A DNA stretch of 64,000 nucleotides from Alphaproteobacteria bacterium (GCA_965225945.1 CBDDBZ010000033.1:1-64000), one strand, 5' to 3'; shown: positions 48,415 through 59,181, counted from the first letter of the stretch. Notes: generated by a model not told the origin, from the sequence alone. Translations and numbers: made by a program.

Positions 48415-51108
48415 ATGCCCCCGCCGACCGCGTCCCGCCTGGGCCTCCGCCTGACCCCGCAAGGGCACCTCGTGTCCGAGGAAGCCGAGGACTTTCCCGT
48501 CCTGGAAGACAGAATCGCGGCGCGGCTCGTCGAGGCTTTTGCCCAAGGGTCCGGATACGGCCTGATGTGGCTGGGGGCGGAAGAGGTCGGGCAGGCCTTG
48601 CCACCCGTCCTAGGTTGGTGGCGCGACTTCGCGGCGCGCTATGTGGGGGGGCTGTGCCTGGGATCGTCGGACACGGCCGTCACGGTGCCGCCACCCGAGG
48701 ACGGTGAACTCGCCACCCTGGTGCTGACGGCGCCGATGATGCCGGGCGCCGAATATCTGAACCAGGATATTTTGACGGCGCTCTGGGAGGAGATGGGCCC
48801 GGCGTTCGCCACCTCTCTCGGCTCCGCCGGAACGGATATCCAGGCCTTTCTCAAGAGCCTGAACCCGGTCTGGAACCTGGTCGGGCGGGTGCATTTCAAT
48901 CTGGCGGAGAACCGGCGCGATCCCGATTCTCCCTTCGCATTCGTGGCGACCTACACCACGGGGCTATCGGCCAAGGCCACGGCCCAACATGTGCAGCTCG
49001 GGCAGGCGCTGAGCGAATATGCCGGGGTGGCGAACCGCGACAAGCTGTTGTCGCTCCTGGTGCCGGTGCAGCGCGCCGCCGAAACCTGTGGCTGGCTGAA
49101 GACGATGGTCGACGCGGGAGAGATCTTCCATCCCCTGCGCTGGGGGGTGGGAGAAGCGGCGCGCTTCCTCGCCAGTGCGGTCGAGCTGGAAAGCGCCGGC
49201 GTGATCGTGCGCATGCCCGCCACGTGGCGCGCCAATCGCCCCGCGCGCCCGAAGGTCACGGCGACGATCGGCGCGACCGCCCCATCCGTCACCGGCCTCG
49301 ATGGGTTGCTCGATTTCCAAGTGGACGTGGTGCTGGAGGGAGAGCCGCTCAGCGACGAGGAGATCGCCGCGCTGCTCGCCGGCACCGAGGCACTGGTCTT
49401 GTTGCGCGGCCAATGGGTGGAGGTCGACCGCGAACGTCTGGAAGCCGCGATGCGGCAATTCGAGGAGGCCGAAGCCCTGGCCCGGGAGAGCGGCCTGTCC
49501 TTCGCCGAGGCCATGCGCATGCTGGCTGGGGCCCCGATCACCGAAGACGGCAACGATGACGACGTCGCCGAGTGGTCGCAAGTGACGGCCGGGCCTTTTC
49601 TCGCCGAGACGTTGAAGGCGTTGCGGAGCCCCGATGGCACGCTCGCCGATCTCGGCCCGGCCTTCAAGGGAACGTTGCGGCCCTACCAGAAGGTGGGCGT
49701 GCAATGGATGCACCTTCTGGGTGGGCTTGGGCTGGGGGCCTGCCTGGCCGACGACATGGGGCTGGGTAAGACGATCCAGGTGCTGTCGCTGCTTCTCGCC
49801 GGGGGGCGGAAAAGCAAGGAGAAACAACCGAGCCTGCTGGTCGCGCCGGCCTCGTTGCTCGCCAACTGGGTGGCGGAAATCGAGCGCTTCACCCCCAGCC
49901 TGAAGGCCAGAATCCTACACCCCTCGGCCATGACGCGCGAGGCGATGAAGCAGCTCACGCCGGAGCGCTTCGCGGGGCTAGACCTGGCGATCACCAGCTA
50001 TGGCACGCTCCTGCGCTTGGAGGTGCTGGCGGAGACGAACTGGAACCTGCTCGTCCTCGACGAGGCCCAGGCGATCAAGAACCCGAACGCCAAGCAAACC
50101 AGGGCGGCCAAGGCGCTGAAGGCGAAGGCGCGCATCGTGCTGACCGGAACCCCGGTCGAGAATCACCTGGGCGACCTATGGTCGATCTTCGATTTCATCA
50201 ACCCCGGCCTGCTCGGCACCTCCAAGCAGTTCGCCAAATACGCCAAGCAACTGGCGGCGCGCAGCCACAATCCTTATGGCCCGCTCCGCGATCTCGTGCG
50301 GCCCTATATCCTGCGTCGGATGAAGACCGACAAGTCGGTCATCGCCGACCTGCCGGACAAGACCGAACTCAAGGCCTACTGCGCCTTGAGTCGCAAGCAG
50401 GCGGCGCTCTATGGGCAGACGGTGTCGGATCTCGCCGAGGCGCTGGACGGGGCCGAGGGGATTCAGCGCAAGGGTATCGTGCTGGCGACACTGATGCGCC
50501 TGAAACAGATCTGCAACCATCCCTCCCAGTGGCTCAAAGACGAGGCTTGGTCGGAGGCGGACAGCGGCAAGTTCGCTCGCTTGCGTGAAATCGCCGAGGT
50601 GGTGGCGGCACGCCAGGAGAAGATGCTGGTGTTCACCCAGTTCCGCGAGACGACGGCGCCGCTCGAAGCATTTCTCGAAAAGATTTTCGGCCGCCCTGGC
50701 CTGGTTCTCCATGGTGGCACGGCGGTGAAGAGCCGCAATGCCATGGTGCGAAGCTTTCAGGAAGACGAGGCCGTCCCGTTTTTTATTCTGTCGTTGAAGG
50801 CGGGAGGCTCCGGCGTGAATCTGACCGCGGCATCCCATGTCGTGCATTTCGATCGCTGGTGGAACCCGGCGGTGGAGAACCAAGCCACGGATCGGGCCTT
50901 CCGCATCGGACAAAAGAAGAACGTCTTGGTGCACAAGTTCGTCTGTCGGGGAACGGTCGAGGAAAAAATTGACGCCATGATCGAGGCGAAGAAGACTCTG
51001 TCCGAGGATCTGCTGGCCGGATCGGGTGAGACCAATTTGACCGAGATGAAGGATGACGCGCTGCTGCGCCTGGTCACGCTCGATCTAGCCGCCGCAATGA
51101 AAGAATAG
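48415..51108 (+). CDS. SNF2-family helicase/ATPase
   Basis: LRPYQ, LADDMGLGKT, LDEAQAIKN, LTGTPVEN, LRRMK, HFDRWWNPAVENQATDRAFRIGQ. Confidence 0.95.
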   Translation: MPPPTASRLGLRLTPQGHLVSEEAEDFPVLEDRIAARLVEAFAQGSGYGLMWLGAEEVGQALPPVLGWWRDFAARYVGGLCLGSSDTAVTVPPPEDGELATLVLTAPMMPGAEYLNQDILTALWEEMGPAFATSLGSAGTDIQAFLKSLNPVWNLVGRVHFNLAENRRDPDSPFAFVATYTTGLSAKATAQHVQLGQALSEYAGVANRDKLLSLLVPVQRAAETCGWLKTMVDAGEIFHPLRWGVGEAARFLASAVELESAGVIVRMPATWRANRPARPKVTATIGATAPSVTGLDGLLDFQVDVVLEGEPLSDEEIAALLAGTEALVLLRGQWVEVDRERLEAAMRQFEEAEALARESGLSFAEAMRMLAGAPITEDGNDDDVAEWSQVTAGPFLAETLKALRSPDGTLADLGPAFKGTLRPYQKVGVQWMHLLGGLGLGACLADDMGLGKTIQVLSLLLAGGRKSKEKQPSLLVAPASLLANWVAEIERFTPSLKARILHPSAMTREAMKQLTPERFAGLDLAITSYGTLLRLEVLAETNWNLLVLDEAQAIKNPNAKQTRAAKALKAKARIVLTGTPVENHLGDLWSIFDFINPGLLGTSKQFAKYAKQLAARSHNPYGPLRDLVRPYILRRMKTDKSVIADLPDKTELKAYCALSRKQAALYGQTVSDLAEALDGAEGIQRKGIVLATLMRLKQICNHPSQWLKDEAWSEADSGKFARLREIAEVVAARQEKMLVFTQFRETTAPLEAFLEKIFGRPGLVLHGGTAVKSRNAMVRSFQEDEAVPFFILSLKAGGSGVNLTAASHVVHFDRWWNPAVENQATDRAFRIGQKKNVLVHKFVCRGTVEEKIDAMIEAKKTLSEDLLAGSGETNLTEMKDDALLRLVTLDLAAAMKE

Positions 51109-51112
51109 AGCG

Positions 51113-52195
51113 ATGTCAAGCTATTACGGAGGATGGCCGGCCTATGTCCCGGTCGCCGCGCGCCGCAAGAAGGCAGCCCGCGAGGTTGAGAAGTTGCGCA
51201 AGAAAGGGCGCGCGATCGCGCCGGTGGTGATCGAAGGGCGCCGAATCGCCACCACCTTCTGGGGCAAGGCGTGGTGCGACAATCTGGAGAGCTACCACGA
51301 TTTCGAAAACCGGCTGCCGCGCGGCCGCACCTATGTGCGCAACGGCTCGGTGGTCGATCTGCAAATCTCAGCCCTGGAAGTCCGCGCGATTGTCGCCGGA
51401 TCGTCGATCTACCAGGTCTCGGTCGCCATCGCGGCGGTGCCCGAGAAGCAGTGGCGAGCCATATGCGGAGATTGCGCGGGCGGCATCGATTCCCTGGTCG
51501 AGTTGTTGCAAGGACGCTTCTCCAAGGGGGTCATGGAGCGCCTCTGCCGCCAGGACAAGGGGCTGTTTCCCAGGCCATCCGAGATCGAGTTCTCGTGCAG
51601 TTGTCTCGACTATGCATCGATGTGCAAGCACGTCGCGGCGGTGCTGTACGGTATCGGCTCGCGGCTGGACGAAAAGCCGGAGTTGCTGTTCCACTTGCGT
51701 GCAGTAGACCGGAACGACCTGGTGGCCCATATCGAGGTGGCCCTGCCGCTGGCGAAGAATGGCCCCGACGCCGGGAAGGTGCTGGAGTCCGACGACATAT
51801 CCGCGCTGTTCGGCCTCGACATGGCGACGCCGCAAGCGGTGAAGAAAGGCGAGAAACCGCGAACCGAAGGCAAGCTCGGGGCTCGGGGACGAGTTGTTTC
51901 GCCACCTCCGGAAAGGCGTACGGCGAAGGCGAGGACGAGCAAGAACCGTGAACGCCACCCCGCCGCTTCGCCACGCCGCGAGAACGCCGTCTGGCGGGAG
52001 GTCGAGGGCCTTATTTCCCGACGCAACGGTACCGGATACGAGCGGGCAACGGCCTTGCTGCTCGACTTACGCGAGCGTTCCCGGAAAGGCCGAAAGACGA
52101 TCGACTTCGCCCGCCTCCTCGCCGCGCTGCGCGCCCGGCACGAGAGGAAGGCCAAGTTCATCGAGCGGCTGGATGCCACCGACCTCGGCTGTTAG
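51113..52195 (+). CDS. SWIM zinc-finger protein partnered with SNF2
   Basis: FWGKAW, NRLPRGRTYVRNGSV, CSC.D....CKH. Confidence 0.9.
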   Translation: MSSYYGGWPAYVPVAARRKKAAREVEKLRKKGRAIAPVVIEGRRIATTFWGKAWCDNLESYHDFENRLPRGRTYVRNGSVVDLQISALEVRAIVAGSSIYQVSVAIAAVPEKQWRAICGDCAGGIDSLVELLQGRFSKGVMERLCRQDKGLFPRPSEIEFSCSCLDYASMCKHVAAVLYGIGSRLDEKPELLFHLRAVDRNDLVAHIEVALPLAKNGPDAGKVLESDDISALFGLDMATPQAVKKGEKPRTEGKLGARGRVVSPPPERRTAKARTSKNRERHPAASPRRENAVWREVEGLISRRNGTGYERATALLLDLRERSRKGRKTIDFARLLAALRARHERKAKFIERLDATDLGC

Positions 52196-52408
52196 GCCCA
52201 CGCTGCCGCGATAGCTTTGTCCATCCCAAAGGACACCCCCGTGGGACAGCTCTCCGATGACCGTTCACAGGATACGAAAGGTCCGTAAGCGACGGAAAAT
52301 CGGCGACGGTTCCGGGCCATTTACAATCCAACAATATTTTTAACACCAATAACTCGAGCGTTGGCGGTGCAGGGAGGCGGGAGCGAACTCGTCTCTACTG
52401 TCGGCGGG

Positions 52409-53566
52409 CATGGTACACGACGGCATTTACGTAGGACGTTGAAAAGGTTGTAGGATTCCCGATTCACTCCACGACGAGTCAAGAGGGAAATCATGCGAGA
52501 CAACCCGATCAACGCCCTGCGTGAGCGGCTTCGCCTTTCGAGAGCCGTCTGGAGAGCCTTCGGTCTTCGGCGTGTTCGTCGCCCGGACGGTGAACCTCTC
52601 TCACTTGGCCTGCCTTTCCGGGGCGCGCGCGATCCAGCTCCAATCGGCCGCAACGGTTTTTCGAGCAAGTCGATTTCGATTACGATCGCCTCGCCGAGTT
52701 TGGTCGCGATGATGGGGCTCCAGGCGGGGCCGTGGCGGCTGACCATGGACCGGACCAACTGGTTGGGTCGCCGCGACGTCAACATCTTGATGATCGGCAT
52801 CGTCAACCGCGCCATCGCCATTCCCGTGTGCTGGCGGGTGCTCGACAAGGCGGGCAATTCCAATACCAAGGAGCGGATCGCGATCCTCGAACACGTCCTC
52901 CGCCACTTCCGGGTCGACAAGATCGCCAGCCTCCTGGCCGACCGGGAATTCATCGGCGACGCCTGGCTGGCATGGTTGCAGGAAAAGGCTATCCCCTTTC
53001 ACATCCGCATCCGCAAGATCGCCAACACGCGTGGTCATGGTCAAGCGAGGGAGCTGTTTCGCGACCTCAAACCCGGGGAGCTGCATCCTCTCCAACGCCA
53101 GGCGCCTCTCGGAGGCCAGAAAACCCAAGGCCAGGCCCGAATTCGTCGCCGCGCTCCATCTCAAGACCGGCGAACTGTTGATCGTCGTGACCAACGACGC
53201 GCCCGAGGAGGCCTTGGCCACGCCCAGCGGCAAATCGAGACCCTCTTCGCCGCCTTGAAAACCCGTGGCTTCAACCTCGAAGACACCCACATGACCGACC
53301 CGGAGCGCATCTCCAAGCTCACCGCCGTCCTTTCCAACCTTCTGCTGGGCGCACAAAGTCGGCGATTGGCTCCACGAGGCCGAGCCGATCCGCCTCAAAA
53401 CCCACAAAAGGATGGCAAAATCCATCTTCCGATACGGTTTCGAGTGGCGACAGCTCGTCAACGACAGGCGCCATCAAGCCATTGAGCTGATTCGTTTCCT
53501 CGTCCCCGGAAAACCACCAGTCCAGGTGCCCAGGCCAAAGCCAGCATGAACGAGTCGTGTACTGTG
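52409..53566 (+). mobile_element. IS4 element copy 2, degenerate with many small deletions
   Basis: Same ends as 11786-13033; 9-bp duplication GTCGGCGGG (52400-52408, 53567-53575); frameshifted transposase. Confidence 0.88.
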
Positions 53567-53580
53567 GTCGGCGGGTCAAG

Positions 53581-53797
53581 TTCCCTGTTATGCAGGGAAA
53601 TTACAGCCGAAATATCGGCGGAATCGAGGCCTCAATCGCCGCAGCGATGTCGTATCAGGGAAACAGCAGGGAATTTGTCCTTGCACGGCGCGACGGCGTT
53701 CGGCCGCCTCAAAGTTTTCTGCCGTTCACGATTTCCCTAACCACCCGAACAGGGAATTATGTCGCCGTATCAGGGAGAATTTGTCCTTGCACGGCGC
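53581..53797. repeat. Cluster of CAGGGAA motifs and a 21-bp direct repeat
   Basis: ttccctg-ttatg-cagggaa palindrome at 53581; CAGGGA at 53593, 53656, 53667, 53750 and 53771; gaatttgtccttgcacggcgc at 53671 and 53777. Confidence 0.8.
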
Positions 53798-54515
53798 CAA
53801 ACGACGACCACGATCGCGATCATCCGAACAGAAGGCATCGCGAAGCGTTGAATGGAGAGGACGAACGACGATCGTGTGCATGTTGGGGACACCATCCAGC
53901 CGAGGCCAAAAACGCCGGGACTTCCGCAACAGACGAGATTTTCAGGAAAACCACGGGGCTGACGCCAATGCCAGGATTTCCGCCGACGCCGACGAGCGAT
54001 CATGGGCCGGGTACCGGAATGAGCTGGACCAACGACAGGTCCTGGTCCGGGTCGAGGCGCGTCCCCGGCAGGGGCGAGGGTGTCGTTCCTCAAAACCTAT
54101 TCCGCGGCGCGGGCGGGTCCGAGACGAACGACCCGGGCGACAGTGTCGGTCGTTGGACTCGGCGGAAAGATTGCAACGGTCGCATCGACCGATATGCACA
54201 AGCTGAATGTTGGCGCTGTGTTCTTTTTCTCAACGGTGTCGGCGCAGCGGAAACGGGCCGCTCGCTTCTAGCAGCACCTCCTGGGGCAAATGCCGTTGTC
54301 GGTCCTTAGGCCGCGAGGCGCTCGTACCGGTGATGAAGTCCTCCAACTCGAGGAAACGCAACCACCTTTCCGCCGTCGGCCGACTGGAGGGGCCGGGAAC
54401 TCTCGGTCGAACCAGTCCCAATCCAGTGCTCGCCGGTAGAGCGGCAATCTCGTCTCGCTCGGATCGGTCATGATCTGTCCTCGAAGCCGTGTTCGCTCGC
54501 ACGCTCGAGCGCGCC

Positions 54516-55226
54516 TTATCGCACCACCATGAGATAGCGCCGCGCGATTTCGGGGTCGCGTTCGAACGCCTCCATGGTGCCTGAGAACACCATGTGGCCG
54601 CGATCGATGATGTAGATCCGATCGGCGGTATCGTGCACCAAGTGGAGCTGCTGCTCGGAGATCAGCATCGAGACGCCGAGCGATTTCAGCCTGTTGATGG
54701 CCCCCACAACGTCGCGGGCGACGATTGGCGCCAGGCCTTCGTGCGGCTCGTCGAGGAGCAGGAGTTGCGGGTTGGTCAGCAGCGAGCGGGCGATGCTCAG
54801 CATTTGCTGCTGGCCGCCGCTCAGATTGCTGGCGAGGCGCGAGCGGAACTCCGAGAGTTGCGGAAACAATTTCCCCACCTTGTCGACGGTCCAATAGCCG
54901 CAACCGCCCGGCGCCAGGGAGCGGGGCACGATCAGGTTCTCCGCCACCGTCAGGCTGGCGAACACGCGGCGATCCTCGGGGACGTAGCCGATGCCCTTGC
55001 GGGCGACGAGGTGTGGCGCGAGACCCGCGATCTCGTCGCCCTTGAAGCGAACGGAACCGCTGGTCACCCGGATCAGATCCTGCACGATGCAGCGCATGGT
55101 GCTGGTCTTGCCGGCGCCATTGCGCCCGATCATGCAGACGACCTCGCCCTCGTTCACCTCGAGGTCGATGCCGTGAAGCGCCTGACTTTGGCCGTAGGCC
55201 GCGCGAACCTGTTCCACGACCAGCAT
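54516..55226 (-). CDS. livF: Liv-type ABC transporter ATP-binding protein (LivF-like)
   Basis: GRNGAGKTS, VPEDRRVF, LSGGQQQML, LLLDEP. Confidence 0.9.
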   Translation of the reverse strand: MLVVEQVRAAYGQSQALHGIDLEVNEGEVVCMIGRNGAGKTSTMRCIVQDLIRVTSGSVRFKGDEIAGLAPHLVARKGIGYVPEDRRVFASLTVAENLIVPRSLAPGGCGYWTVDKVGKLFPQLSEFRSRLASNLSGGQQQMLSIARSLLTNPQLLLLDEPHEGLAPIVARDVVGAINRLKSLGVSMLISEQQLHLVHDTADRIYIIDRGHMVFSGTMEAFERDPEIARRYLMVVR

Positions 55227-55987
55227 TACGCATTCCCGCCCAGGTAGATGTCCTGGACCGCCGCGTTGGCGGCGATCTCGTCCGGCGTGCCTTCGGCGAA
55301 CACGCCGCCGAAGGCCATCACCGTGATCGACTCGGCGGCCTTGAAGACCACGTCGATATCGTGCTCGACGAAAAGCAAGGTCAGCCCCCGCTCGCGGACC
55401 ACCGTCAAAACCAGGTCGATCAGCTCGTGACGTTCGCCGAGCCCCATGCCGGCGGTCGGCTCGTCCAGCAGCAGCACCTTCGGCCGAGTCGCCAAGACCA
55501 TGCCGAATTCCAACCGCTTGCGATCGCCATGCGAGATGTCGTCGACGATCTGATCGGCCAGTCCGTCGAGCCGGATGGCTTCCAGATCGGCCATGACCGC
55601 CTCGCCGAGCGCGCGCAGCCGGTTGGCGCTCAGAGAGAACCAAGCCGTCGAGACGGCGTTGTGGGCGCAGAGCATGTTGTCGTAGACCGTCATCCGCCGG
55701 AAGGTGCTGGCGATCTGATAGGTGCGGCCGACGCCGAGTTTCGCCACCTGATGGGGGTGCCGGCGGCCGAGCCGCCGGCCGTGAATTTCGACGCTGCCCC
55801 GCTCGGCCACGATCTGACCGCTCAACACGTTGATGAGCGTCGTCTTTCCCGCCCCGTTCGGGCCGATGACGGCGCGGATCTCGCCTTCCCGCACGCTGAG
55901 ATCGACGCTGTCGAGGGCGACGAAGCGACCGAACTCCTTGTGCAGGCCGCGAACCTCCAGGGCGGGTCGTGGGGGGGCGGTGGACAT
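55226..55987 (-). CDS. livG: Liv-type ABC transporter ATP-binding protein (LivG-like)
   Basis: GPNGAGKTT, LLLDEPTAGM, VEHD, VQDIYLG. Confidence 0.9.
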   Translation of the reverse strand: MSTAPPRPALEVRGLHKEFGRFVALDSVDLSVREGEIRAVIGPNGAGKTTLINVLSGQIVAERGSVEIHGRRLGRRHPHQVAKLGVGRTYQIASTFRRMTVYDNMLCAHNAVSTAWFSLSANRLRALGEAVMADLEAIRLDGLADQIVDDISHGDRKRLEFGMVLATRPKVLLLDEPTAGMGLGERHELIDLVLTVVRERGLTLLFVEHDIDVVFKAAESITVMAFGGVFAEGTPDEIAANAAVQDIYLGGNA

Positions 55988-55993
55988 CGCGCT

Positions 55994-56989
55994 CTAGCGC
56001 CGGAACAGGCTCGTGAGACGCCGGACGAAGCCGGCGATGCCGCTCGGCGAGAGCAGCACCACGATGACGATGATCACTCCGATGACGAGCTGCCAATACT
56101 CGAAGTAGTGCGCCACCAGGTTGTCGAGAATCTTGTAGACGATGGCGCCGTAGATCCCGGCGCCGAAACTGTAGAGACCGCCGAGCACCACCATCAGCAA
56201 GCCGTCGACGGTGAACAGGATGCCGACATAGTCGGGAAAGACGTTGCCGTGGAAAATCCCGAAGAGCGTGCCGGCGACGCCGGAGAAGAAGGCCGATATG
56301 GTGAAGGCGATGAGTTGCACCCGTTTGCGCCCGTGTCCCAGCGCGGCGGCGCGGACAGAATTTTGCCCGACCGCCCGGATCGTCAGGCCGAGCGGCGAAT
56401 GGACCACCCGCCAGAGCATCAGGATCGCCACCGTCACCACGCCCAGGACCACCAGCCCGAACCAATGGGGCTGCAGCCCCAGCATCGCGGGCACATGGCC
56501 CGAAATGCCGGAATCGCCACCCGTGACGTCGAACCACTGGAACGCCACGGCGAAGGTCACCTCGGCGCAGGCGAGCGTCAGCATGGCGGCGTAAATCGCG
56601 GTGCGCTGCACGCAGAGCGCGCCATAGACCAGACCGAAGAACGCGCTGACGATCGGGCCGGCGACGATTCCGGCGGCGATCGGAAAGTCGAGATGGGTGA
56701 TCGTGAGCGCCAACCCGTAGGCGCCGAGGCCGAAATAGACCGCGTGGCCGAACGAGACCATGCCGCTGTAGCTGAGCAGGAGATTGAGCGCGCTGGCATA
56801 GAGGGCGAAGATCATGACCTCGATCAGGGCGAAGACCACCAGCGACGGCGAGACGAACAGCAGCACGCTCTGCAGCACGACGACCACCGCGACGAGACGC
56901 CAGTTGATCGCATAGTCGTCGGTCGTCCGGCTGGGGCGCGCGCGCACCGCCTTGTCGTCTCGCGTGGCCTCGCCTTCCGCCATGGTCAA
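55994..56989 (-). CDS. livM: Liv-type ABC transporter permease (LivM-like)
   Basis: SGMVSFGHAVYFGLGAY, TGGDSG, MVVLGG. Confidence 0.9.
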   Translation of the reverse strand: MTMAEGEATRDDKAVRARPSRTTDDYAINWRLVAVVVVLQSVLLFVSPSLVVFALIEVMIFALYASALNLLLSYSGMVSFGHAVYFGLGAYGLALTITHLDFPIAAGIVAGPIVSAFFGLVYGALCVQRTAIYAAMLTLACAEVTFAVAFQWFDVTGGDSGISGHVPAMLGLQPHWFGLVVLGVVTVAILMLWRVVHSPLGLTIRAVGQNSVRAAALGHGRKRVQLIAFTISAFFSGVAGTLFGIFHGNVFPDYVGILFTVDGLLMVVLGGLYSFGAGIYGAIVYKILDNLVAHYFEYWQLVIGVIIVIVVLLSPSGIAGFVRRLTSLFRR

Positions 56990-57849
56990 TCCGTCGTTCT
57001 GCGCAACGACCTGGCGAGGAGCACCACGGCCATGAGGAGGAAAATGATCACCATCGACAGTCTGGGCGCCCAGAGCAGACCCAGGGCCTTCACAATTCCG
57101 ACCGCGAGCGCGGCGAACAAGGCGCCGTAGAAATTGCCGAGCCCACCGATCACCACGACGATGAAGGCGAGCACGATGACCCGGGTGTCGAGCAGGTAGT
57201 TGATGCTCTCGAACGCGGCGGCGAAGCCGCCGGCGATCCCGGCCAGGAAGCAGCCGATGGCGAAGACCCAGGAAAAGACATGCGCCTGATTGGTTCCGAG
57301 CAGCGCCACCATGCCCCGGTCGTCTGTCGCCGCCCTGAGGATGATCCCGACCCGGGTGAATTTGAGGAAGCCCCAGACCACGGCCAGCACCGTCACGCCG
57401 ACGCCGACCATGACCAGCTGATAGGTCGGGAGATAGATGTCACCGATCACCGCCGCACCGGCGAGCGCGTCAGGCAACGGCACCGAAACGTCGTCCAGTC
57501 CCCAGATGAGCTTGGTCACGTCGCGAATGATCAGGACCGCGGCCAAGGTCAGCACGAGCTGCATCAGCGCCTCGGCATGGTAGACCCGGCGCAGCAGGAA
57601 GATCTCGAACACCACGCCCAGGAGCGCCACCAGCACGCCGCACAGCAGGATGGTGACGAAGAATCCGAACGTCGTGCCCACCGCGATCAGGGGATAGATC
57701 TGATAGGTCAGGAAGGCGCCGACCATGTAGAACGAGCCATGGGCGAAATTGACGATGCGCGAGACGCCGAAGATGAGCGTCAGGCCGGAGGCGATCAGGA
57801 ACAGGAAGACCCCTTCCATCACTCCTTGCAGCACTTGCACCAGGAGCAT
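56986..57849 (-). CDS. livH: Liv-type ABC transporter permease (LivH-like)
   Basis: ASGLTLIFGVSRIVNFAHG, FIVVVIGGLG. Confidence 0.9.
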   Translation of the reverse strand: MLLVQVLQGVMEGVFLFLIASGLTLIFGVSRIVNFAHGSFYMVGAFLTYQIYPLIAVGTTFGFFVTILLCGVLVALLGVVFEIFLLRRVYHAEALMQLVLTLAAVLIIRDVTKLIWGLDDVSVPLPDALAGAAVIGDIYLPTYQLVMVGVGVTVLAVVWGFLKFTRVGIILRAATDDRGMVALLGTNQAHVFSWVFAIGCFLAGIAGGFAAAFESINYLLDTRVIVLAFIVVVIGGLGNFYGALFAALAVGIVKALGLLWAPRLSMVIIFLLMAVVLLARSLRRTTD

Positions 57850-57951
57850 CAGCCGAATTCCGTCATGTCGACCCAATCCGGGCCACGGCCGGAGAGAACG
57901 GGGCGACGCCCGCGCGCGCCACCGCCGGCGCGCGCGGGCCCGGACCCGATG

Positions 57952-59181
57952 CTACTTGGCGGCCGCCGCGCGGAGCGCCTTCACCGTCGCTTCCGAGGGC
58001 AAGGTGACATCGCCGGAAATGACGTTGACGTCGGCCATCGTAGGGAAGGGATAGGCGTCCGTCATCTTCGTCACGCCCAGGTAGCTCGGCGCGTTGAAGG
58101 TATTGTCGATCAGCCGCATCTTCAGCGGACCCCGCATGGTGTCGAAGGTCATCGACGCCAGGGCTTGTCGGAACTTCGCCGGGTCGGTGCCGCCCGCCCC
58201 GTCGATGCCGCCCTTGATGATGTACATGGCGTCATAGGCTAGCATGCCCCAATCGTTCGGATATTCGCCGTCGTGCGCCTTGCGATACTTCGCGACGAAG
58301 GCTTTCGCCTTGTCGGTAGTGAGCGCGTAGAAGGGACCGCGCGCCCAACCGTGGACGCCGTCGGGAATGTCCTTGCCGAGGGACATGTAGCTCTCGGTGC
58401 TGAGGAAGGTCAGCAGCTCGGTCCGCTCCAGCAGACCATAGGACTTGCCCTGCTTGATCAGGCTGTTGGTGCCGCTACCGAACATCACCGCCATGATCGC
58501 GTCCGGCTTCTCGGCGAGCGCCGCGGTGATGTAGGAGGTGAGATTGGTCTCGCCGAAGCGCGGCCACAGTTGCTTCGAGATCTTCACCTCGGGCTTGAGC
58601 TTCGCCAGCTCTTCGGTGAAGACCTTGACCGTGGTGCGACCCCACTCGTAGTCGAGCCCCATGGTGACGATGTTGTTCCAGCCCTTGCGCGCCGCGTATT
58701 CCGCCAGCGCCTTGCCTTCCATCAGCGTGTTCGGCTGGGTCTGAATGACGTTCGGATGGCCGAAGTCGACCGTCGCCTTGTGGGTGCCGCTGATCGCGCT
58801 GATCAGGGGCACGCCGTATTGCTTCGAGATCGGGTTGATCGCCATGAAGACCGAGCTCGAGCAGACCCCGGTCAACAGATCGACCTTCTCGGTCAAGATC
58901 AGGTCGCGGGTCTGTTTGGCGCCCTCGTCGGGCTTGGTTTTGGAGTCGCGCCAGATGACCTCGATCTTACGGCCCGCCGCGCCGCCGGCCGCATTGATCT
59001 CCGCCAGCGCGATCTTCATCGCCTTGATGGCGGAATGGGTGAGTCCGCCACAAGGGCCGGATATCCCGCCGACGTAGCCGATCTTGATCGGCTCGGCGGC
59101 TTGTAGCGAACCCGCGATGCCGAGCGCGGTGGCGAGCGCCAGGGCCGCCGAATATCGCAAGAAATTCTTTCCGTGCATCAT
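57952..59181 (-). CDS. Liv-type ABC transporter substrate-binding protein
   Basis: Signal peptide, EPIKIG, EINAAGG..GRKIEV..RDS, DYEWGR. Confidence 0.9.
   Translation of the reverse strand: MMHGKNFLRYSAALALATALGIAGSLQAAEPIKIGYVGGISGPCGGLTHSAIKAMKIALAEINAAGGAAGRKIEVIWRDSKTKPDEGAKQTRDLILTEKVDLLTGVCSSSVFMAINPISKQYGVPLISAISGTHKATVDFGHPNVIQTQPNTLMEGKALAEYAARKGWNNIVTMGLDYEWGRTTVKVFTEELAKLKPEVKISKQLWPRFGETNLTSYITAALAEKPDAIMAVMFGSGTNSLIKQGKSYGLLERTELLTFLSTESYMSLGKDIPDGVHGWARGPFYALTTDKAKAFVAKYRKAHDGEYPNDWGMLAYDAMYIIKGGIDGAGGTDPAKFRQALASMTFDTMRGPLKMRLIDNTFNAPSYLGVTKMTDAYPFPTMADVNVISGDVTLPSEATVKALRAAAAK

Noticed and set aside
52362-52400. tRNA gene
   Set aside because: Only a 3'-end-like resemblance; no cloverleaf could be drawn
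53800-54400. Short ORFs between the repeat cluster and the ABC operon
   Set aside because: No recognisable motif; probably debris
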